Assembly (NCBI GenBank): GCA_951406725.2
Contig: OX597836.1
Location: 14,136,001 to 14,200,000 of the forward strand
Reading direction: 5' to 3'
Length of the DNA stretch: 64,000 bases
Origin: Octopus vulgaris
Taxonomy: Eukaryota
Each line of letters opens with the position of its first letter. The stretch's first letter is position 1. The notes beneath the pieces are model-generated. The model saw only the letters and a list, made by a program, of their open reading frames with translations, made no database searches and was not told the origin of the DNA. Positions 26,891-39,795 of this stretch are shown here, piece by piece. The position numbers and the translations under genes were made by a program.

Positions 26891-27302
26891 GGCAATCTTT
26901 CGTCTCTAGTAGACCTTTCCGTCGATTTCCGTAAAATTTTTTTTTTTTTTTTTACATATGGGCTTGCGGGAACTTTTGAAGTAATGAGAGCGAAAGAGAC
27001 TAAGAGAAAGCGATTGTATGACGAGGGAAGTTCTTTTGAAGTTACCGTGCATGTGAAGCATTGATGTACATGTGTGTGTGTGTGTGTGTTTGATGGGGTG
27101 TGGGAGACAGACAGTATGTTGTGTAAGTGAAGTGCTTCTGTTAGTGTGTGTGAAGAGACAGAGTAATGTGTGAAAGAGAGAGATAACTGAAATTTTTTAC
27201 TCGGTGTATGTGTATATGTATGTAGTTCCCGCAAGCCCATATGTAAAAAAAAAAAAATTTACGGAAATCGACGGAAAGGTCTACTAGAGACGAAAGATCG
27301 CC
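26891..27302. mobile_element. MITE with about 80-bp TIRs and 8-bp TSD (Merlin-like)
   Basis: GGCAATCTTTCGTCTCTAGTAGACC.. / ..GGTCTACTAGAGACGAAAGATCGCC; TSD AAAAATTT. Confidence 0.85.
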
Positions 27303-27666
27303 AAAAATTTAATTTAAAAGTGATAAAATAGTCGAAACTATCGAAAAGGTTGCAAGAGGCAACGAAAATTTTAGGAAAATAAAAATAAGTGGAAATTTTA
27401 CCGGTGAGTGTGTTATATTATAAGGCACAAAAAGAAAACGACTCTCTCCAGACACAACAGAATATGCTTCAACACACGAATTCATATAAAGAATCTTGCA
27501 AGGCAAATCCAAAAACGAAATATGATAAAATAATTAAAAAAATAGGTTAAGAAGCTCGCTTTGCAATCACGTGCTTCCAGGTTCGGTCCCCAATACGGCA
27601 CCTCGCGTACGTTAAGTGTCTTCTACTATAGCCCCGGACCAACCAATGCATCCTGAATGAATTTGG

Positions 27667-27885
27667 GCAGAAACGTTAGCACGCCGGGCGAAATGCTTAG
27701 CGGTATTTCGTCTGCGTTACGTTGTGAGTTCAAATTCCGCCGAGGTCGACTTTGCCTTTCATCCTTTCGGGGTCGATAAATTAAGTACCAGTCACGCACT
27801 GGGGTCGATGTAATCGACTTAATACCTATGTCTGTCCTTGTTTGTCCACTCTGTGTTTAGCCCCTTGTGGGTAATAAAGAAATAG
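27667..27885 (+). mobile_element. SINE family C (young, CpG intact) inside SINE A
   Basis: Near-consensus body. Confidence 0.8.
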
Positions 27886-28609
27886 GTGTTGGTTTGTTTA
27901 CATTGCAACTTTGCCAGTCAGTAAAAATGAGAGACTGATAAGAATAAGTACCGTACTTAAAAATAAATTCACTGAGGGTGATGGTGTGCCCCAGCATGGC
28001 CGCCGCGCAGACCATTGACTGAACGTAACAAGTAAAAGATATAAAGATAAGCAATTAATATACTGAACAAATGCACCGCTTTGCTTCTTTTTCTCTTTCT
28101 TTCTTTTACCAACATTAAAAACTCCTAGCAACCTCTAAGTATGTCTTCAGGATATTTCATCCGTTGTTATTTTTAACAACCAGCCTCCTTCAATATATTC
28201 AGAACTTTACTTAACGAACACTTAAAGTCTGAATATAACATCGTTCTCAAAGTGCAGACAGTGGCGGTACCTTCCGCCTCTAAACCACCGACATATCTCG
28301 AATGCTCCCCCCACCTCCCTTCCTCCTATCGTTTTTCATCTCCAGCTGTCTATTCAAAAAACCGCACCAACCAACCAACCAACTCGGTGTGTTGTTCTGT
28401 GTGGTTTCCAATTCATGCGGCTCTGAGAATCGGTTGTAGATCAGATGTGCATATGTGCGTGTGTACTCTACTCTACATTCGCATCGAGTCCTACATTAGA
28501 AAAAAAAAACGTTTACTCACTTCATGGCAGACAGTCCTGCTTTTAAACATTCACAACGTAACTAAACTATTCTTTTGTTCTTTCACTTGTTTCAGTCATT
28601 AGACTACGG

Positions 28610-29023
28610 AGATCTTTTCGGTTTGACCGGCAGTTTTTAAAAGATAATTTCCACGTAACTAAACACTTTTAAACTTCGTATACTGGTTGAATGTGTTAAT
28701 AAAACATATTTTTCTCTTGGCTTTATTGAGAAAATTCTATAGTTTGTAAGATATTTGTTGTTTTTTTTTCTTCTTCAATTTCTGCAATTTCAACCAATCA
28801 ATGACGTCTATTGAGGTGAAAACATTCTGTGCCGTATGAATATGTCCCTCGTTTAAGAAACAGATTGGGTTTATTTACATTTCTGAAGAAAAAAGATACC
28901 CTTCTCCCACCCCTAACCCTAAAACAGATTGAAATGCAATAGATCGATACTAGGGTCATAATTATGGGTGACAATTTCATATGACACCGCTAGAAAAAAC
29001 TGCCGTTCAAATCGAAAAGATCC
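28610..29023. mobile_element. MITE, about 28-bp TIRs, 8-bp TSD (Merlin-like), inside SINE A tail
   Basis: AGATCTTTTCGGTTTGACCGGCAGTTTTT / AAAAACTGCCGTTCAAATCGAAAAGATCC; TSD GACTACGG. Confidence 0.85.
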
Positions 29024-29535
29024 GACTACGGCCATGCTGGGGCACCACCTTGAAGAATTTTTAATCGAACAAATCGACCCCAGTACTTTTTTTTTTTTTT
29101 TGAAGATTAGTACTTTTTCTATCAGTCTTTTTTGCCATACAGCTAAGTTACATGGATGTAAACACACCAACAGCAGTTGTCAAACATTGGTGGGAGACAG
29201 ACAGAAACATATACACACACATACATATACAAGATGGGCTCCCATACAGTTTCTACCTACCTAATCCACTCAAGGCTTCTGTAGAAGACATTCTTTAAAT
29301 CATTGGAACAGGTATTCTGTAGGCACAAGCATAGCTGTGTGGTTTGAGGTACACTCCAATTAAAAATGGCACCTTGGGATCAAATGTCTTCACCTATAGC
29401 ACTGAATCAACTAAAGCCTTTTGAGTGAATTTGGTAGACAGTAACTAAAAGAAGCCTGCCATGTGACTGTATGTGTGTCCCCTTGTTTTGATATTGTAGG
29501 ATTGTTGTAAATGAATATTTACAATATTCATTTAC

Positions 29536-30103
29536 ATGCTTGTGAAGACATGTTGGGGCAAGCGAAATCGAAATCGAATTGAACCAGCCAGGATCCCTGG
29601 TCTGGTGGTACGTAAAAAGCACTATCCGACTCGTGGCCGATGCCAGCGCCGCCTCCACTGGCTTCCGTGCCGGTGGCACGTAAAATACACCAATCCGACC
29701 GTATGACAGGCACCCATGCCAACCCCCTTTGCTTGCGAAGACATGTTGGGGCAAGCGAAATCGAATTGGACCAGCCAGGATCCCTGGTCTGGTGGTACGT
29801 AAAAAGCACTATCTGACTCGTGGCCGATGCCAGCACCGCCTCGACTGGCTTCCGTGCCGGTGGCACATAAAATACACCAATCCGACCGTGGCCGTTGCCA
29901 GCCTCGCCTGGCACCTATGCAGGTGGCACGTAAAAAGCACCCACTACACTCACGGAGTGGTTGGCGTTAGGAAGGGCATCCAGCTGTAGAAACATTGCCA
30001 GATAAGACTGGAGCCTGGTGCAGCCTTCTGGCTTCCCAGATCCCCAGTCGAACCGTCCAACCCATGCTAGCATGGAGAACAGACATTAAATGATGATGAT
30101 GAT
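29536..30103 (+). mobile_element. Long SINE family B copy with duplicated about 190-bp 5' module
   Basis: TGCTTG(T/C)GAAGACATGTTGGGGCAAG.. occurs at about 29537 and 29730; (GAT)n tail. Confidence 0.8.
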
Positions 30104-31869
30104 TTCCAATATTCATTTAAAGCACTTTTACAATATTTATATTTCCAATATTCTGTAAAATCATGTCTGGTAATGGGCAAATATTACCATACTTTTGAAA
30201 CAAGTGAGAGGTGACAGGAAGGGCCACAGAAAATCTGCTTCAATAAATTCTGTCTGACCTAAGCAAGCATGGAAAAGCGGACATTAACACAAATGATGGT
30301 GGTGATAATGAGAGTTCTCTCCTTAATGCAAACCACTCAACTGTGAAGCAAGATTAATACTTAAAAACTGTTACTCGTCAGTAAATGCTACAGTAGCTGT
30401 TCAGTGAAGTATAACGCCACCATCACAGTTCTGCACAAGGACCATGTAAGTAAGTCAGGTCACAGTTATTTGGCATTATATATTCTAAGCAAGCTCCATC
30501 TTTGTACAATTAAAGATGACACAGAGATTATGGTAACAAAGAGACTGATCTACTTTTAGGTTTTTGTTGTTGTTATTGTTATTGTCAGTTGGAAATCAGC
30601 CCAGGCTGAGTAGACCTATGATGAAATCAAAGACACTGGAGTACCATCTTTTATCTTTCACTTGTTCCAGTCATTGGGCAACAGCCATGCTGGGACATCA
30701 CCTTGAAGGGTTTGAGTGAAACAGATTGATATTTTATTCTATTGATCTCTTTTGATCTCAAACTGCTAAGTTACAGGGGACATAAACACACCAACACCAG
30801 TTGTCAAGCAGCAAACACAGACACAAACACACACATATATATATAAATAATACGATGGGATTCTTTCAGTTTCCATCTACCAAATCTACTCACAAAGTTT
30901 TGGTCAGCCCAAAGCTATAGCAGAAGACACTTGGCCAAGGTACCATGTAGTGGGACTGAACCTAGAACCATGTGGCTGGCAAGCAAACTTACCACACAGC
31001 CACACTTGTGCCTATATATATATATATATATATACACCCATACTAATTGTTTCCATAGTTTATGTCTATCAAATTCACTCACAAGACATTGGTCAGTTTA
31101 GAATAATAGTAGAAGACACTTGACCAACATGCTGCCTGGTGGGGCCAAACCCTAAAACCATGTTGCAATGTAAGCTTCTTAATTACACAGCCATGTTTGA
31201 TAGTGTTATTTTTTAAGGTACCAAAGTACGAGTTAGAGGGAGATTCACCTGCTATTTCTAGCAAGTCAAGAGACGATGTAATGGCCCAAACAGATGTTTG
31301 TTAAAGATACTGGTGAACTCTCTCTCTCTCTCTTTTTTACACCTATGAAAGTAAGGATTTTTATAGCCAGAGAGGTGTTTGAAGTGAATATGATCTGTGT
31401 TCAAACCATTGATCACACTGCCAGTAATGATCTGCATGAACAAGAAAGGATTAAACTATTTAAAAGTCTGGCTCATTCACTAAAACAGCTCTGCCACTAT
31501 CCTGTTTCACTGAACCAGAACATAAAAAGAAATCAACTGCTCAGATGAAAAGAGTCTCTGATAGATTAAAAATAATAATAATAATAATGAGGTATAGAAA
31601 TTAGAGTAGAACAGAGGTTAGGCTACAGACTAACAAAGAGACAGATATACATTAAATATGTTTGAGAGAGAAAGAGAGAGAGAGAGAGATGGTATACAGT
31701 AAGGCCTTTGTGCACACAAGCTAACCAATTGTGATGAAAGTGAAAAAAATTCACTGTACTGTACACTGAAGCAAGGTATTTTCATTGTACTGACTGTCTC
31801 TCTATCTCTCTCTCTCATATATCTGCTACAGCAATTATAAATGAACAACTTGAGTGCAAATCCCTCTTA

Positions 31870-32134
31870 TCAACCCTTTTGACACCAGACCTGCCTCAGA
31901 TACCAGCCACTGGCTCTAACATACAAACTTCTGGTTTTAAACTGATTTGAAACTGGCTCCAAGTACAAATGTCTTATTTTCATAAGTTTTGAATGCCACC
32001 AAACCTTAGTCACAATTTATGTTCCTGACATTAGCTGAATGATAGCCAAGTTCTTTTCTAAATTCTTTGTTATATTTAAAGTAATTGAAGAAATGCAGAG
32101 CATCTCAAAATAAATACAGTAACGGAAGGGTTAA
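31870..32134 (+). mobile_element. piggyBac-like MITE
   Basis: TCAA|CCCTTTT ... AAGGG|TTAA termini. Confidence 0.6.
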
Positions 32135-32934
32135 ACTACAACTTTCCACCAAAGTTTTCATGTTAGCTTATGTTACAAACGATAGATTAATAAGGACAAA
32201 TTTTCAAAATTAACAGAAATTAAGACTGCAAATAATTCTGCAGAATTATGGTAATAATTCTTCTGTATCAGAAGGCGTGGTTGTGTGGTAAGAAGCTTGC
32301 TTCCCAACCACACGGTTCTGGGTTCCGGTTTGTGACTGAATTTTGTAACTGGAAACTGAAAGAAACCCATTGTAAATATCTCAATGTGAGATATTCAGCA
32401 ACAGTACTTTGTAGTAAAAATTGCTTGCCAACATAACATGGCAGTCCTGGTTTAGGACTAATGTTGCTGTAATTTAGCCCCAGGAGACATCGTCTCCAGC
32501 TGGCTATATGACATGATATGTGTCCTTATATTTTCGAACAAAGGAATCTAGCATCACCACTCAGCTCAAAGCACACGGATATTGTTCTGAATCGCGATAC
32601 ACAGATATGGGATCTGGGAAGCCAGGGGGCTGCACCAGGCTCCAGTCTGATCTGACAGTGTTTCTACAGCTGGATGCCCTTCCTAATGCCAACCACTCCG
32701 TGAGTGTAGTGGTTGCTTTTTACGTGCCACCAGCACAGGTGTCAGGGAAGGCTGGCAACGGCCACGATTGGTTGGTGCTTTTTACGTGCCCCCGGCACGG
32801 AAGCCAGTTGCCCTCATTCTCTATCACTCACACACTTTCTCTCTCAGTTTATGCACGTAAGCCTATTTCCTTTTATGTTTATGAGAAGAGGTAAAGTGTT
32901 TGTGTCAGTCGTGTTCAATTACATTACATTACAT

Positions 32935-33268
32935 ATCTCATAGTCTGGTTGACAGTTGGGCCACCACTGATGCTTTTGCAGCCAGGTCCCTCCACCTTTC
33001 TCACCATGTGTCTCATCTTGAGGCTTGTCTACTCACAGATGTTGTTTTCCCACCTCTTTCTCTGTCTGCATCTTCCACCTTTGACTGTTCCCTGAAGGAT
33101 TGTTTTGGTTATTCCTGATATGCGGGTGACATGCCCAAACTACCTGAGCTTGTGTTTCTTTACTCTGGTAAGGAGTTCCTCATAGGGCCCTATTGTCTGC
33201 CTTATTATTCTTTCCACTTCATTTGTGACACAATCTCTGAAGGATATTCCCAAAGGTCTTCTGAAACA
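32935..33268 (-). pseudogene. RTE-clade LINE 3' fragment
   Basis: Minus: FRRPLGISFRDCVTNEV..IGPYEELLTRVKKHKLR*FGHVTR..KTILQGTVKGGR..RKRWENNI. Confidence 0.85.
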
Positions 33269-33663
33269 GAGTGCTCAATTAATAGATTATAATATTTCTC
33301 TGGTCCTCTCCCCCTGCCTGTTTATCTATGTGAATATATTTCTATTCGTGAGAAGAAGAAAAGAGTTTATGAGAATCACGTTCAATAAATAAATTGCAAT
33401 GACTTTCTCTCTCATTCTCTTTCATGCTTTCTATTTGAGTACATGCGAGTACATGTGTTTGCTTCCAGCAACAAAATATACTGCCGCCTAAAATGGGCTG
33501 GATGCTCAGTCAGCTGAGCCAAATGGCCAGTGCCCAAACAGCTGCGCCAAACCTTCTCAATCTGACCTAATCCATACCCAGTTTAACACCCATCATCACC
33601 ACAACCTGGCTTTTCAGATATCTATAGCAGAGTTTACTCCATTGCAAGTATTTCTAGACCAAG

Positions 33664-33967
33664 TGGAGGCACATGGCCTAGTGGTTAGAGCAGCGGACTC
33701 GTGGTCGAGGGATCGCGGGTTCAAATCTCAGATTGGGCAATTTGTGTGTTTATGAGTGAAACACCTAAGCTCCACGCAGCTCCGGCAGAAGGTAATGGCG
33801 AGACTTTTGCTGGCTCTTTCGCCACAACTTTCTCTCACTCTTTCCTCCTGCATCGTGCAGCTCACCTGCGATGGACCGACGTCCCGTCCAGATGGGGAAC
33901 CTATACGCCAAGGAAACCAGGAAACCGGCCCTTATGAGCCAGGCATGGCTCGAGAAGGAACAAACAA
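33664..33967 (+). mobile_element. SINE family D, tail type 3 (V-domain-like), 14-bp TSD
   Basis: TSD ATTTCTAGACCAAG; CACCTGCGATGGACCG..CCCGTCCAG motif; (ACAA)n tail. Confidence 0.85.
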
Positions 33968-35095
33968 ATTTCTAGACCAAGACAACTCCAGTCTGAGGTT
34001 AGATACCTTGGAACTCTTCCTATTACAGAATCCATGACTGTTGTGGAGTCGGAAGCAATTACTGGGTCACTGGAGGCAGGGTTAGGGGTACAATAAACTG
34101 AGAATTTTGATTTAGGGGTTCAACACATGGACTCCCCAACTCTGAGGCAACGTTACGAGTCATGGGGTTTATTCCACCAAGTCCTGGAGGTCTTCTAAAA
34201 TAGTCAAACAGCTACTGGTGTTTCCTCTCTGGTTAAACCACAAAAAAAAAAAAAAGGAATTAATTATTTAATTAATTAAAGTACAGCAATTAGAATACGG
34301 CTTCCTGTAGAAGGAAACAGTGTTGGCAACGGAGTACAATCTAGAAGCAGAGACGAAATTAAAACTTTCATCAAATCTTTCTGACCACACAGAAACCGAG
34401 AGAAGATCCATCGCAACAGATACTATGGCAGACTGATCCCTTAAGCCTTAATCCAACTCTCCAGTAACTTATGGAGCACCTGTGAGAAACTGACCCCTTC
34501 CTCCTGCCCTCTCCACCACCACCACCACCAGAATTGGTGAGGCCAAACGGAAGCACTTAACAGACTGAACAAGGGAAATGAATTCACATTTCTAGAAGTT
34601 AAGTGTCTGGTATTTTATTCCCCTCTTATCTGCCTATTAGTACAGCATAAGTAATTACAAGCAAACCAATGAGGGGGCAGAGTGGGGAGGGCTCCACATG
34701 CTCAGTCAACCTGCTAAAAATGCCAGCCAAATCTCACTCACAATCACATCCAACTGTATTAAATAAATAAAAAGAGAGAACACGTTAGAAGAAGGTGTAG
34801 TTCTAGACAAATAAGAAGGGATGGTCATCAAAACGGAAACACTTTTCGTCATAGGTTTGCTCTATTGTGGGCCTGACATGCAGTTGAACAACAATAACTG
34901 TTTCTTATTTAGGTCTAACCCATACCAGCATGGAAAGCAATGTTGTCATTGGACCTTGGTGCAATCTTCTGACCCTTTGGTTCCTGTTGAACTGTCCAGA
35001 ATCTAAAGGGAAGTGCCTTCAGTAGACATGCACCAATCACAGCCTTGAGAGTCATCCTCATCCTCATCATCATCGTTTAATGTCCGCTTTCCAAT

Positions 35096-35656
35096 CAGTG
35101 GTTCCCAACCATTTAACTACCAAGGACCCCTTTTATTTAAATGAATTTTCCCATGCACCCCTTTTAATATGCTTATCCTTATATATATTTCTTTACTGCC
35201 CACAAGGGGCTAAACATTGAGGGGACAAACAAGGAGAGACAAATGGATTAAGTCAATTACATCGACCCCAGTGCGAAACTGGTACTTAATTTATCGACCC
35301 CGAAAGGATGAAAGGCAAAGTCGACCTCGGCGGAATTTGAACTCAGAACGTAATGACAGACGAAATACCGCTGAGCATTTCACCTGGCGCACTAACGTGT
35401 CTGCCAGCTCGCCGCCTTTATCCTTATATATATCACCATGACTGACCAGGCTATCAGATGTTGCTACACATCGCTGGTCACAATGCACTTCGCATTGCTT
35501 TAGCCTTCAAATGACGCCATCCTGCTGGCTAAGCGAGCAGGCCCCTTATAAATGTATGTGTGTGTGTCTGTGTGGAATTTTGAATTTAGTTCACTGACCC
35601 TCAGTATTACTTTTGTGGACCACCAGGGGTCCGCAGACCACAGGTTGGGAACCACC
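35096..35656. mobile_element. hAT-like MITE containing nested SINE C and D fragments
   Basis: CAGTGGTTCCCAACC ... GGTTGGGAACCAC termini. Confidence 0.6.
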
Positions 35657-35684
35657 AATATATATATCATCATCAGTTAATATA

Positions 35685-36475
35685 TATTGGATCTTCCCAT
35701 AAATAATGCGACTTTTTCAATTGCATGAAAAGTCAGAGGGGGAAGGGATAAACTACCTGCATCAACTTGCTATAAAAGCACCTTGTGCTTATTCTTAGTG
35801 CAAGTTTTGAAGAGTGCAGTTTGATTTTAACAGTTATTTTTTCGAAGCTATAATGGAAGGGACAAAGGAGCATATTCGGCATATTTTGCTTTTATGAGTT
35901 CAATAAGGGCAACAATGCAACAGAAAGTGTGAGGAATATCAATGCAGTATATGGGGATCAGACAATAAGTGTAAGCCAGTGTTAACGGTGATTCCATAAA
36001 TTCTGAGCTGGACACTACAGCCTAGAAAACTAGCCTCGTCCTGGAAGATCTGCAGAGCTCGATGAGAATGTTCTGCAAACCCTGGTGGAACAAAATCCCA
36101 TCGTAGCTGTTGAGGAACTAGCAGAGAAGTTTGGATTTGGTATTCACCTGCACGCCATCAGAAAAGTCAGCAAATTGGGTCAATGGGTTCCTCACAAACT
36201 TTCAAAGTTTAATCACATGCAGAGAGTGAATGTGTGCTCTTCTTTGCTATCACATCTCCCGAATGAATCTTTTTGGGATCGAATAGTGACTGGTGACAAG
36301 AAACAGGTTCTCTATATAAATGTCAAGTGAAGACAGTGGGTAGGGAAAGGAGAAACACCAGCACCCTCGGCTAAAGAAGGTCATCACCCATGTAAGATGT
36401 TATCTGTTTGGTAGGATATGAAAGGTTTAGTCAACTTTGAATTTTTAAACCCAAACCAAACGATAAGGAGATATA
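35685..36475 (+). pseudogene. Mariner transposon 5' half (TIR plus decayed transposase)
   Basis: ATG at 35853: MEGTKEHIRHILL/YEFNKGNNATE..PRPGR..WVPHKL..RIVTGDKK; multiple stops and frameshifts; TA-flanked TIR. Confidence 0.9.
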
Positions 36476-37486
36476 GTAACACGTGGTAGCCTAACCTGCA
36501 TTACAAGGTTTTTATCTAAAAATAATTGAACAAATATGTTAGAGGTTAAAGCAAGAGGATGTGCACAAGTGTTGGGTCCTTGGGTCATAATCAGTTTACA
36601 CCTGTTTCTCCACACTTGTCATGGTTTGGCCGGGTCTTCTTCAGCTCAACATCTTACCACTTGATGCAAACCCTTGTTATATCCTTATATATATTTCTTT
36701 ACTGCCCACAAGGGGCTAAACATAGAGGGGACAAACAAGGACAGACAAAGGGATTAAGTCGATTACATCGACCCCATTGCAAAACAGGTACTTTATTTAT
36801 CGACCCCGAAAGGATGAAAGGCAAAGTCAACCTCGGCAGAATTTGAACTCAGAACGTAACGACAGACGAAATAATACCGCTAAGCATTTCGCCCGGCATG
36901 CTAACATTTCTGCCAGCTCGCCACCTTATTCTTATATAGGTAATGTTGAGACAAAGAGATGCTAACATACACAGATGTACATGCATACATATATCTGTGT
37001 GGTCTTCTTTCAGTTTCTCACAATCAAATCCATTCAAAAGGCTTTGGTTGGCCTGAGGTTATAGTAGAAGATGCTTGCCCAAAGTACGACGCAGAGGGAC
37101 TGAACTCGAAACGATGTGCTTTGGAAGACCACACAGCTACACCAGAGCCTATTATGTGTATGTGTAGATAGATAGGTACAGGCGAGTGGGTTTGTGTGTG
37201 TGTGTGTGTGTGTGTATAAGGTAAACACAAACAACATACCTTGGAGAAGGCATAACAAGAACAGCAGTAATAGCAATTAACACACATCAATTAAACTGAA
37301 GGAGTATAATTACACTGACAAACATAATCACATTCCACATGGACATTTTCATTAGGACGGCCATGTCTAAATATTAGGTCATTCAATCTCTTTGTATTAC
37401 CTTTCTGACAAACATGTTTTGCAGTCCTTGGACCCATTGGAGCCTATCAAACCATGCAACCCTTGCAGGCATAGAGCAAGAACATC

Positions 37487-38230
37487 AGGTGTGGCTGTGT
37501 GAGAAAAGGTATGCTTCTCAACCACATGGTTCCAGGTTCAGTCCCATCACAACGCACCTTGGGCAAGTGTATTCTGATATAGCGTCAGTAGATTTGGTTG
37601 GCAGAAAATGAAAAAAGTATGCCATATAGTCGTACTGACTTTCATGGGAAACATGTATTTTCGTGGTTGAAACCTTTTGGATTAACTGGTGCTAGAGTGA
37701 GCAATATAGTGACCACTCTCTTATATTTATTTTGTAAAAATATTATAATATGTTATAAAATATTATAATATAATAATCCAGGTTTCTCGTAGCACTAGGC
37801 CACTTGGTGTTGAATAAATATACTATTAAATTAGTATCTAATTCTCTCACCCTTATTAATTAACCATATATATATATATATATTTGTAATATATGAGACA
37901 ATTATTCGGTTGCCACCATAAAACTCCAAGTTTCGGATGTCAGAGCAGAAACCTGCACCGGCATTTCTTCAGTCCATCGTATAAGTATATGTATCTATAT
38001 GTGTGTCTTTGTGTCTGTTCCCCACCACAACTTGACAACTGGTGTTGGTTTATTTACATCCCTGTAACTTAGTGATTCAGTAAAACAGACTGACAAAATA
38101 AGTACCAAGTGGAAAAAAAATAAATGAATAAGTACTGGGGTCAATTCATTCGACTAAAAATTCCTCAAGGCAGTGCCCCAGCATGGCTGTATTCCAATGA
38201 CTGAAACAAAGTAAAAAACAAAAATATAAA
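37487..38230 (+). mobile_element. Old SINE family A with Penelope-like fragments in its internal tract
   Basis: Head 37487-37620, tail 38000-38230; insert includes a minus CTGAAGA..GAAA motif at about 37919-37977. Confidence 0.6.
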
Positions 38231-38237
38231 AGATATA

Positions 38238-38546
38238 TCATGTGATCACGTGACCGACCAGGCTATCAGATGTTGCTACACATCGCTGGTCACAATGCGC
38301 TTCGCATTGTTTTAGCCTCCAAATGACGCCACCCCGCTGGCTAAGCGAGCAGGCCAACAGAAGAAAGAGTGAGAGATAGTTGTGGCGAAAGAGTACAGCA
38401 GGGATCGCCACCACCCCCTGCTGGAGCCTTGTGGAGCTTTGGGTGTTTTCGCTCAATAAACACTCACAACGCCCGGTCTGGGAATCGAAACCGCGATCCT
38501 ATGACTGCGAGTCCGCTGCCCTAACCACTAGGCCATTGCGCCTCCA
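38238..38546 (-). mobile_element. SINE family D, tail type 1
   Basis: Reverse homolog of 18765. Confidence 0.85.
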
Positions 38547-39194
38547 CACATATAAAAGATATATATGTGTATGTATTTGCGCAAGTAAGCATCTTTATGC
38601 AAGTGTGTGTTTATCTGTACCCGTAGTCTACAAGGCTATGTCTATAAATATGCATGTATGTATGTATGTATGTATGTAAGTACATCAGTGTATCAGTACA
38701 AGTGTGAGGGTGTAATTATAACCATGTGTGTGTGTATGTATGCGTGTATGAAAGAGAGGGAAAGAGGCTAATGGACGCACATGTCCGTATTCATGTGCCT
38801 ACGCAAAACAATACCAGAAAATAAGAGTGTATATAATGTAACAATATGCAAATTATATTCCTCTCTACACCCATGCCAGCATGGAAGAGAAATAAACAAA
38901 ACAAACTGACACAGATACACCTACACACCTACATGCAACCAACCCATGCACAGCTACACCCACCTGCAGACATATATGCACACACAACAACCTAGAAACA
39001 CAGAAACTCATCTCTATCAGAGACGAACATGAGAAGAAATAAAATGCTGTGATATTGTTGTTGTTGTTGTTTTTTTTAATAATTTGACAATTAGAAATGA
39101 AAACATTTCTCACCCTGTTTAGTAAACATATGTAAAATGATGACATATCTTTCGGGGGAGGTTTTTTGGGTTTTTTTTTTTTTTCCATTTTACT

Positions 39195-39598
39195 TACTCT
39201 TTTACTCTTTTACTTGTTTCAGTCATTTGACTGCGCCCATGCTGGAGCACCGCATTTAGTCGAGCAAATCGACCCCGGGACTTATTCTTTTTGTAAGCCC
39301 AGTACTTATTCTATCGGTCTCTTTTGCCGAACCGCTAAGTGACGGAGACGTAAACACACCAGCATCGGTTGTCAAGCAATGCTAGGAGGACAAACACAGA
39401 CACACACATACATATACACACACATACATATATACGACAGGCTTCTTTCAGTTTCCGTCTACCAAATCCACTCACAAGGCATTGGTCGGCCCGGGGCTAT
39501 AGCAGAAGACACTTGCCCAAGATACCACGCAGTGGGACTGAACCCGGAACCATGTGGTTGGTAAGCAAGCTACTTACCACACAGCCACTCCTACGCCT
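39195..39598 (-). mobile_element. SINE family A, full length, young
   Basis: Near-consensus. Confidence 0.85.
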
Positions 39599-39795
39599 AC
39601 TTGTTTATCATTTCACCTCAGTCACACTGGGGCACCACCTTGAAGGGTTTTAGCTGAACAGATTGATCCCCAGGGCTTATTTTTTTTAAGCCTAGAACTC
39701 ATTCTATCAGTCTCTTTTGCCAAACTACTAGGTTGCAGAAATGTAAACACTGGTTGTCAAGCAGTGGTGGGGGACAAAGACACACACACATATAT

